From positions 1,568,001 to 1,632,000 of the forward strand of contig OZ244188.1 of NCBI GenBank assembly GCA_965216635.1: 64,000 bases of DNA. Direction: 5' to 3'. Numbering within the stretch: position 1 is the first letter of the stretch; the number at the start of each line of letters is the position of its first letter. Positions 56,641 through 64,000 of this stretch are shown piece by piece. The notes beneath the pieces are model-generated. The model was not told where the DNA came from and ran no database searches. It saw nothing but the letters and a program-made list of their open reading frames with translations. This stretch comes from a bacterium (GTDB lineage: Bacteria > SAR324 > XYD2-FULL-50-16 > G965216635). The translations under genes and the position numbers were made by a program.

Positions 56641-58578
56641 TTACTTGTAGCTTCTTTGAGTTAATTCCACATTCTCAAATTCTAAATTTTCTTTATGCAG
56701 AGTAGGAGTTTTTCCTACACCTTTAAATTCCCAAGCTGCCACATAAGAATAATTTTTATCGTTGCGTAAAGCTTCATTAGTCTTTGTTTGGTATTCTTCG
56801 CGGAAATGTCCGCCGCACGATTCATTTCTGTCCAAGGCGTCCAAAACCATCGTTTGAGCAAACTCTAAATAGTCAGCAACTCTACCAGCCTTTTCTAATT
56901 CTTTATTCAAATCTTCTGATACGCCTACTACTTGTAATTCTTTCCAAAATCTTGTGCTCAGCTCTTTTATTTTTTTCTGGGATGTTTTTAAATTCTTAGC
57001 GTTTCTTGACATACCACAGTTATCCCAAAGTATTTTTCCCAGTTCTTTATGAAAATAATCTGTGGGGACACTTCCTTGAATTTGAAGTAACAGTTGGATT
57101 TTTTCTTTAACTTCTTTTTCTGCCTTATCAAAAGCGGGATGGCTTGTAGAAATTTCTTCGTCCCTAGGCTCATCAGCAAGATAACCTCCAATAGTATAGG
57201 GTAAAATAAAATATCCATCAGCCAAGCCTTGCATCAAAGCACTAGCTCCTAAACGGTTTGCTCCGTGGTCTGAAAAATTTGCTTCTCCTAAAACAAAGAG
57301 TCCGTCAATGGTGCTCATTAAATTGTAATCTACCCACAAACCTCCCATAGTATAGTGGATGGCAGGATAGATCCGCATTGGAGTATGGTAAGGGTTTTCA
57401 TTTGTAATATGGTGATAAATATCAAAAAGATTGCCGTATTTTTCTTTGATTTGAGATATGCCTAGTCTTTTAATGGCGTCTTGAAAATCAAGATAAACTG
57501 CGAGCCCTGTATTTCCTACGCCCTTGCCTTCATCGCAAGCTTGTTTTGCGTTTCTGGAAGCCACATCCCTAGGTACTAGGTTACCAAAAGAAGGATACTT
57601 TCTTTCCAAATAATAATCTCTTTCATTTTCTGGGATTTGGTGAGGATCTCTAGTATCTTCCTTTTTTGCGGGAACCCAAACTCTACCGTCATTTCTCAAA
57701 CTTTCGCTCATCAAGGTAAGTTTAGATTGATAATCCCCTGAAATAGGAATGCAAGTAGGATGAATCTGTGTGAAACAGGGATTAGCAAAAAAAGCTCCTT
57801 TCTTATGAGCTCTCCAGCTAGCTGTTACATTAGAGCCCACTGCGTTGGTAGATAGAAAAAATGCATTGCTGTAGCCTCCCGTCGCCAAACATACAGCACT
57901 AGCAGAAAATCTTTCTATTTCTCCGTTAAGAAGATTGCGACAAATAATTCCTTTTGCTTTTCCTTCAATCAATACCAGTTCTAACATTTCACGGCGATCG
58001 TACATCTTCACTTTTCCTAGTCCAATCTGCCGACTCAAAGCACTGTAGGCTCCCAATAAAAGTTGTTGCCCCGTTTGTCCTCTAGCGTAAAAAGTTCTGG
58101 AAACTTGAGCTCCACCAAAGGAGCGATTAGATAAATTTCCTCCATATTCTCTAGCAAAAGGAACGCCTTGAGCAACGCATTGATCTATAATGCTAGTGCT
58201 TACTTGTGCTAAACGATAAACATTTGCTTCTCGGGAGCGATAATCTCCACCTTTAATGGTGTCGTAAAAAAGACGAAAAACGCTGTCGCCATCGTTTTGG
58301 TAATTTTTAGCAGCGTTAATTCCTCCTTGGGCTGCTATGCTGTGGGCTCTGCGTGGACTATCTTGAAAACAAAAACACAAAACTTGGTAGCCTAATTCTG
58401 CTAAAGAAGCGGCAGCAGATGCTCCAGCCAAACCGCTACCAACAACAATCACTTTGTATTTCCGCTTGTTTGCTGGGTTGACCAATTTGAGATTAAACTT
58501 ATGCTGATCCCATTTATCTTTGAGAGCTCCTGCTGGAACTTGAGATTTTAATTTAGGGTTGGTTTTAATTTTAGCCAT
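56641..58578 (-). CDS. sdhA: Succinate dehydrogenase/fumarate reductase flavoprotein
   Basis: [34 protein letters not shown]. Confidence 0.97.
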   Translation of the reverse strand: MAKIKTNPKLKSQVPAGALKDKWDQHKFNLKLVNPANKRKYKVIVVGSGLAGASAAASLAELGYQVLCFCFQDSPRRAHSIAAQGGINAAKNYQNDGDSVFRLFYDTIKGGDYRSREANVYRLAQVSTSIIDQCVAQGVPFAREYGGNLSNRSFGGAQVSRTFYARGQTGQQLLLGAYSALSRQIGLGKVKMYDRREMLELVLIEGKAKGIICRNLLNGEIERFSASAVCLATGGYSNAFFLSTNAVGSNVTASWRAHKKGAFFANPCFTQIHPTCIPISGDYQSKLTLMSESLRNDGRVWVPAKKEDTRDPHQIPENERDYYLERKYPSFGNLVPRDVASRNAKQACDEGKGVGNTGLAVYLDFQDAIKRLGISQIKEKYGNLFDIYHHITNENPYHTPMRIYPAIHYTMGGLWVDYNLMSTIDGLFVLGEANFSDHGANRLGASALMQGLADGYFILPYTIGGYLADEPRDEEISTSHPAFDKAEKEVKEKIQLLLQIQGSVPTDYFHKELGKILWDNCGMSRNAKNLKTSQKKIKELSTRFWKELQVVGVSEDLNKELEKAGRVADYLEFAQTMVLDALDRNESCGGHFREEYQTKTNEALRNDKNYSYVAAWEFKGVGKTPTLHKENLEFENVELTQRSYK

Positions 58579-58587
58579 AGGGATGTT

Positions 58588-59238
58588 TTAAAAAAATTTT
58601 TGTAATAGATAAAAATAAACAGGAAAACTACCAAAGCCTAGTGTGATAACTAAAGCAAATAAAGAGCTAATACGAGAAATATTTTTGTTTGTTTGAGAAA
58701 TCAAACCAAGGGTATGAAAGGCACTTTTTAAAGCATGGTTTAAGTGTAGCCCTAAAAATATCATAGCAACCACATAAAGTGCAGAATACCAAAGATCTGC
58801 AAACCGAAGTAAGACTAAATCGTAGAGAGTATTTTCGGTTTGATTGTCCCAATTTCCAAATTTGAAAGTATAAATATGCAAAACCAAAAAAGATAAAATC
58901 AAAAGCCCACTAAGAGCCATATAGGTAGAATTAGTTTTTTGTTTGCCTTTTAGTAGTTGTTTGTTGTAGTTTTTTCCCTTAGCAATTCTATTTTTTCTTG
59001 TTAAACTCATAGCTGTCCAAACATGCACTAACAAAGCAAGAATAAGAATTGCTTCTGCTACATAAATCAAATCTGTGCTGGTAAATATATCAGAATAAGT
59101 ATTAAATTCTTCTCTACCAACATAAAGCAAAAAATTACCACTTAAATGACTCACCAAAAAACCTACATAAAGCAATCCAGAAAGAGCCATCAAGATCTTT
59201 TGTCCAATAGAACTACGAAATAATAAAAGTATTTGCAT
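58588..59238 (-). CDS. sdhC: Succinate dehydrogenase cytochrome b558 subunit (5-TM type)
   Basis: SSIGQK..MALSG, several TM His ligands, operon position. Confidence 0.92.
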   Translation of the reverse strand: MQILLLFRSSIGQKILMALSGLLYVGFLVSHLSGNFLLYVGREEFNTYSDIFTSTDLIYVAEAILILALLVHVWTAMSLTRKNRIAKGKNYNKQLLKGKQKTNSTYMALSGLLILSFLVLHIYTFKFGNWDNQTENTLYDLVLLRFADLWYSALYVVAMIFLGLHLNHALKSAFHTLGLISQTNKNISRISSLFALVITLGFGSFPVYFYLLQKFF

Positions 59239-59377
59239 AATAAATAATTCAAATCATTGTTTGATTTAACAAGTCTCTCAATAAAACTATAAAATAAAAA
59301 ATAAAGCAAGTGCTAAATTAAAATTCTCATCAATTTTCTAAAAAATCTTGTTAGAGAAAAACAGCAAATAATTCCAT

Positions 59378-61324
59378 TTAAACTGAATTTTGAAAAAAAC
59401 TATAGATAGTTTTAGCATCTTTTTTTGTAAGAAAAGAAGCAGATTGTAGGGTTTCTAGGGAGCTATGTTTGATATTTTCTATATTTTTAAACTGCAGTAA
59501 AAGTTTTTTCCGTTTTATAGCGCCTATGCCATCTAGTGCTTGTAAAGGGGAAGATAAACTCTTTTTTGTTCTTTGCAGGCGATGAAATTGGATTGCAAAG
59601 CGGTGGGCTTCGTCGCGGATTTTTTTAAAAAAGAGTAAAACTTCAGCATTTTTAGGAAAATAAATAGGATTTTTTTGTTCTGGTTTTAAGAGGTATTCAA
59701 AATCTTGTTCTGAGTTTTGTTGTTTGGATTGATAATTTTCAGAAATAAAAGAATTTTTGAAACTGCCCGATCCAGTATTTTTACCCGATCTATCATATTT
59801 GGCACTTCTCCCTTTAGCAATAGCAATTAAATCCATTTTTTCTAAAGGCATTTTCATTTCTTTTGCAAGAGCATAAACGGCACCAAGTTGCCCTTTCCCT
59901 CCGTCTAATACTGTTAAATCAGGCAATGTTTGTTTTTTTTCTAGGTAATTATTCCAACGACGACTTAAAACTTCCCGCATACTCAAAACATCGTCTATAC
60001 CTTCTACTGTTTTGATTTTGTATTTACGATAATCTTTTTTGCATAGTTGGTTGTTTTCCATAACTACCATAGACGCCACAGAATTTTTTCCTTGAATATT
60101 GGATATATCAAAACACTCCACTTTGTAAGGTATATTTTTTAGGCGGAGTTTTTGCTGTATTTTTTTTAAGATTTGTCTGTGATAAAGTTCTTGATTGAGA
60201 TGAAGTTGCATGTTGTTTTCTGCATTTTCTAAACACATTTTCAACATTCTTTTTTTTTCTCCTTTTTGAGGAACAATAATTTTTATAGGGTGGTTTTTCT
60301 TTGCAAAGTATTCTTCCAATCCTTTGCCTAAAATAGATTGTGAAAGGCAATCTACAGATAAAATAATTTCGGAAGGCACAACGTTCTCTTTTCCTAGATA
60401 GAGTTTAGAAAAAATTGTCCTTAAAAGCTCTTCGTCGCTATAACGAGATGCATCTTGGATATAAAAAAAATCACTGCCTAATAGAATACCAGAGCGTACA
60501 AACAAAAGCTGAATACCTGCTTGATCTTCTTTTCTTAAAATAGAAATCAAATCTCTATGAATTTTTTTTTTAGAAAGAACAACTTGTTTTGCGCTTGTAT
60601 TTTGAATGGTTAAAATTTGATCCTTTATTTCTGCGGCTTCTTCGTATTCAAAGTTTGTGGATTTTTGTTTCATTTCTTCTTGCAATTCCTTGATAATATT
60701 GCTGGAATTGCCTTTAAGAATATGGATGAGATGCAATACCATTTTACGATATTTTTTTGTATCTACTTGCCCATTGCAAGGAGCCCAGCATTTTCCCATT
60801 TGAAAGTTTAGACAAGGACGATAGGTTTTTGTGCCGTCTAATTTCATTTTGCTGGTGCGTAAAGGAAATTTTTTTCTTAAAGTTTCTATGATAAATTTTG
60901 CGTCCTTAGCGGAAGTGTAGGGACCAAAATAATGAGATTTTTTTTCTTGAATTTCTCTGGTGAGAGTCATTCTAGGGTATATTTCCGATGTAGAAATTTT
61001 AATGTAGGGATAACTTTTATCATCTCTAAGACGAACATTATATTTTGGTTTATTTTTCTTTATCATCTGATCTTCTAAAACCAAAGCATCCGATTCGCTT
61101 AAAGTAACGAGCCAATCTAAGTCTTCGCTTTTTCGCAGTAACTCATTTAATCTATTGTTGTTTTGAGGAGTAAAATAACTCTTGACTCTTTTTTGGATAT
61201 TTTTTGCTTTGCCGATGTAGAGAATGCGGTTGTTTTTATCTTTGTAGTAATAAATTCCGATTGCTTGCGGTATCTTTGCTAATTTTTCTTTAATTTTAAG
61301 CTTGTTGTCTAAAAGAGTATTCAT
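59378..61324 (-). CDS. uvrC: Excinuclease ABC subunit C
   Basis: GIY-YIG, DDKSYP, ECFDIS, DGGKGQ, RDEAHRFA, HhH. Confidence 0.97.
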   Translation of the reverse strand: MNTLLDNKLKIKEKLAKIPQAIGIYYYKDKNNRILYIGKAKNIQKRVKSYFTPQNNNRLNELLRKSEDLDWLVTLSESDALVLEDQMIKKNKPKYNVRLRDDKSYPYIKISTSEIYPRMTLTREIQEKKSHYFGPYTSAKDAKFIIETLRKKFPLRTSKMKLDGTKTYRPCLNFQMGKCWAPCNGQVDTKKYRKMVLHLIHILKGNSSNIIKELQEEMKQKSTNFEYEEAAEIKDQILTIQNTSAKQVVLSKKKIHRDLISILRKEDQAGIQLLFVRSGILLGSDFFYIQDASRYSDEELLRTIFSKLYLGKENVVPSEIILSVDCLSQSILGKGLEEYFAKKNHPIKIIVPQKGEKKRMLKMCLENAENNMQLHLNQELYHRQILKKIQQKLRLKNIPYKVECFDISNIQGKNSVASMVVMENNQLCKKDYRKYKIKTVEGIDDVLSMREVLSRRWNNYLEKKQTLPDLTVLDGGKGQLGAVYALAKEMKMPLEKMDLIAIAKGRSAKYDRSGKNTGSGSFKNSFISENYQSKQQNSEQDFEYLLKPEQKNPIYFPKNAEVLLFFKKIRDEAHRFAIQFHRLQRTKKSLSSPLQALDGIGAIKRKKLLLQFKNIENIKHSSLETLQSASFLTKKDAKTIYSFFQNSV

Positions 61325-61337
61325 AAAGCAAAAAGAT

Positions 61338-62408
61338 TTATTTCTGTAGATACCCCTCCTTCACAAACTGCACAAATGTCAAAAACATTGTAATAATAAT
61401 AGGACCATAGAAAATACCTAATGCTCCAAAATAAGAAAGTCCTCCAATAATCCCAAGTAACAATAACAAGGAATCAATTTGCAATCTTTTGCCAATAAAT
61501 TTCGGTTTATAAACATTTTCCACAACTAAAGAAATAATGTTACAGCCTGCAAAAACTACAATTGCCCCAACCCATTTACCTACTATCAATAGGTAGATAG
61601 TTGCAGGGATAAAAATAAAGGACATTCCAATGATAGGAATAAAAGCTAAAACAGACATAATCGCAGTCCATAAGACCACAGTTTCAATGCCGGCTATCCA
61701 AAAAAGAATTCCAGCTAATCCTCCCTGTAAAATTCCTCCTAATCCATTACAAACAAGAGTCACATAGTTCATTTGGTTAAACTTTCTAAAAGTTATATCT
61801 ACTACACTATCGGGTAGAGGAATAATTTTACCTAAAAACTCACGGATATATTTCCCGTTTTTCAATAAAGAATAAGTAAATAAAAGCATGATAATAAACT
61901 GAAATAAAAATAAAAGAATATTACCAATCAAACCTTTTACAAGGGTATTAAGGGTATTGAAAATCGCACCAGCTGCGTTTTTAGCTGCGGTGATTAAAAA
62001 AGCTTCTAGCTCCAGGTAAGATTCTGCTATTCCTAGATAATCCAAAGCTTTCCTTGCATTAACAGGTATAATTCCATCGCCTTGATAAAATTCTTTTAAG
62101 ATCTGACTACTATGAGAAATATTTTCTGCAGTAATGTATTGTGAAAAAACAAGGAGTTCTTGGCTTATTTGATAAACTAGATAAACAAAAGGTGCAAAAA
62201 TTCCTAAGGTGACAGCTATACAAATAATAATACTAGTTATTTGTTCAGATAGCTTAAACTTCTCGTGCAACATATTCATCAACGGATGAAATATTCCCGC
62301 AATAATAAGTGCAAATATAATAGCGTGCTTAAAGGGCCAAGCAATCGCAAAGATTAGTATAGTAAAAACCAGAAATACGATAAATACAGCTAATTTATCT
62401 AGTTTCAT
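61338..62408 (-). CDS. AI-2E family transporter
   Basis: Multi-TM; IPIIG, N..KP, G..GIFYGP. Confidence 0.9.
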   Translation of the reverse strand: MKLDKLAVFIVFLVFTILIFAIAWPFKHAIIFALIIAGIFHPLMNMLHEKFKLSEQITSIIICIAVTLGIFAPFVYLVYQISQELLVFSQYITAENISHSSQILKEFYQGDGIIPVNARKALDYLGIAESYLELEAFLITAAKNAAGAIFNTLNTLVKGLIGNILLFLFQFIIMLLFTYSLLKNGKYIREFLGKIIPLPDSVVDITFRKFNQMNYVTLVCNGLGGILQGGLAGILFWIAGIETVVLWTAIMSVLAFIPIIGMSFIFIPATIYLLIVGKWVGAIVVFAGCNIISLVVENVYKPKFIGKRLQIDSLLLLLGIIGGLSYFGALGIFYGPIIITMFLTFVQFVKEGYLQK

Positions 62409-62411
62409 TTT

Positions 62412-63068
62412 TTAGGTAGGTAGAGGTGGAGCTACATCTCTGTAGAGTGTTATTTTTTCTTGTTTGAGAGCTCTTTTCACACTAGATCTTTCCGCTACTC
62501 GCTCCATAAATCTAGCAAGGTTGGGGTATGCTTTAGTCGGTTTTTCTGCGAGATTGCCCCATCTTCCATAATTGAACAAACAAATATCACAAATTTGAAT
62601 TTCGTCCCCATTAAGATAATTCCTATCTTTTAAAAAAACGTCCAAGTTGGTAAAATGCTCCTCTATTTCTTGATTGGTTTGTTTTTGGATAGCGGAAAAA
62701 TATTGTTTGTCAGCGAAAAAATAGTAAGGACGAAACAGTCGGATAAAATTAGTATGCAAAGATCCTAGAAAAAAAGCCATCCATTCCATCACATCCGATT
62801 TTTTTATAATATTGCTGCGCGGAAAAAAATTAGTTTCGGGGTGAACATCTGCTAGATAGCTCACAATCGCTAAAGTTTCCGTGATAGTTTTGTCGTTATG
62901 CACCAAGACAGGAATTTTCCCTTTCCCATTAATTTTACGAAATTCTTCGCTGTGTTGTTCTTCTGCTCTTAAATTGACAATTTTAGCCTCGTAATCTGCC
63001 TGTAATTCTTCCAAATAAATATGGGGAATCAGCGAACAGGATTGCGGAAAATAATAAAGTTTAAACAT
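62412..63068 (-). CDS. Glutathione S-transferase (beta-class-like)
   Basis: SCS..PHI.LEE, GKIPVL, TE..AI..YL. Confidence 0.92.
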   Translation of the reverse strand: MFKLYYFPQSCSLIPHIYLEELQADYEAKIVNLRAEEQHSEEFRKINGKGKIPVLVHNDKTITETLAIVSYLADVHPETNFFPRSNIIKKSDVMEWMAFFLGSLHTNFIRLFRPYYFFADKQYFSAIQKQTNQEIEEHFTNLDVFLKDRNYLNGDEIQICDICLFNYGRWGNLAEKPTKAYPNLARFMERVAERSSVKRALKQEKITLYRDVAPPLPT

Positions 63069-63091
63069 AATTCAATAATTTTATTTAGATA

Positions 63092-63299
63092 TAGACTTTT
63101 GAATTTGCCAAACAGGACAAAACTAGCTGTTTAGCCAAAACAAGCTTTAGTAAAAAAGCCAGTGGGACATACCAGTGGGACATACCAGTAGGACATACCA
63201 GTGGGACATACCAGTGGTTGGCTCTTTTGCTGACTTTTTGCCTAGAGCACACATAACGCAAATTTTGTAGTACCCCTGCTCCCATTATTGTGGCACTAC
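63092..63299 (-). mobile_element. Composite MITE remnant with an internal 13-bp tandem repeat (CCAGTGGGACATA, about 4.5 copies, 63159-63217)
   Basis: tagacttttgaatttg TIR; the loop of the aaaagcc..ggctctttt module is expanded; tggcactac end. Confidence 0.8.
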
Positions 63300-63302
63300 T
63301 GG

Positions 63303-63998
63303 TTAAAAACTCAAGTGGAAGGAGATGCTGATGACGAGTGGTGCTTTGAGTTCGGCGTCGGTTTTGGTGGTTGTTTCTGTTGCTTCTACTGGAATTCGCA
63401 TTTCTTCTATATTTACAGTTCTGCTGTGAACTTGGGTTACTTTTGTTCTAGTATCACGTTTGAATGTTCCAAAATCTACGAAGTAGAAGGCATCAATATT
63501 TTCAAATCTAGTACCATAATTTAAACTTTTAACACCAACCACTGCTGAATCACCATCTTTAGTCTGTTTTGGCTTAAAAGTGATACCAGTAGGAGTAGGA
63601 GCAGTCTGATTCTCAGCGTAAGTCGTATGGCTTAGAGAAACCCCCGAGATATACTTCGTCAAGCCAAAATTAAAGAATAGGTTGGGGGTCAAGTTTTTCT
63701 TATAGCCGATCTGAATTGCTGGACTTGTGGCAGAGCCGCTGGCAGAGCCGTTCGTCAAACTCATACTCGCTAGACCACCTCCTACAAAAAAATCCTTGTT
63801 TACAAAATAATCCGCCATTACCAATGTATTGGCGAGATCGTTATCTCCCCCAGAGCCAGTAAAATGGGTCAGAGAGGCTCTCCATTTTTCCCACCTAAAG
63901 CTAAATTGCAGACCAATGCCTGAGATGCTATCGCCTTTGCTGGACGAGGAGTTTGTAACCTGAGGAACTGGCGCTGAATCTTCAGTAACTTCGTCAGT
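63303..63998 (-). CDS. Outer-membrane beta-barrel paralog C, 5' part outside the window
   Basis: Frame open to the window edge: ISGIGLQFSFRWEKWRASL...DYF...GGGLAS...PAIQIGY...C-terminal ISFHLSF. Confidence 0.75.
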   Translation of the reverse strand, partial: TDEVTEDSAPVPQVTNSSSSKGDSISGIGLQFSFRWEKWRASLTHFTGSGGDNDLANTLVMADYFVNKDFFVGGGLASMSLTNGSASGSATSPAIQIGYKKNLTPNLFFNFGLTKYISGVSLSHTTYAENQTAPTPTGITFKPKQTKDGDSAVVGVKSLNYGTRFENIDAFYFVDFGTFKRDTRTKVTQVHSRTVNIEEMRIPVEATETTTKTDAELKAPLVISISFHLSF

Positions 63999-64000
63999 AG

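Overview
AT-rich bacterial chromosome segment (roughly one-third GC by eye). The gene set (tmm, amt, sorAB, three-subunit sdhCAB, zapA plus probable 6S RNA) suggests a marine, possibly host-associated lineage; this is inference only. The backbone is housekeeping: trpS, obgE, pgm, dtd, moaA, fbaA, sodA, rne, trkA, ilvE, capD-like, thrC, ispF, pdxJ, xthA, sdhCAB, uvrC. Four accessory systems sit on it. (1) 1-12.7 kb: a defence-like island with a type IIG R-M gene whose 3' end is re-copied downstream, three mosaic TPR+2TM genes, a stand-alone mini GIY-YIG cassette and a TaqI-family R-M pair. (2) 53.3-55.9 kb: a duplicated module of two paralogous 3-TM proteins interleaved with six tiny ORFs (four missed by the ORF track) that share a late 'ES' motif; this is the best candidate for an undescribed system. 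(3) Three paralogous predicted small beta-barrel outer-membrane proteins with two very large hypervariable inserts, one bracketed by duplicated Bdr/DUF1640-like genes and a shared promoter/operator. (4) A prolific, modular, nested palindromic MITE family (TAGAC...GTCTA ends, mostly 5-bp TSD); one copy splits an AlbA_2-RRM fusion gene into two intact ORFs. No rRNA, tRNA, CRISPR array, transposase or reverse transcriptase was seen.
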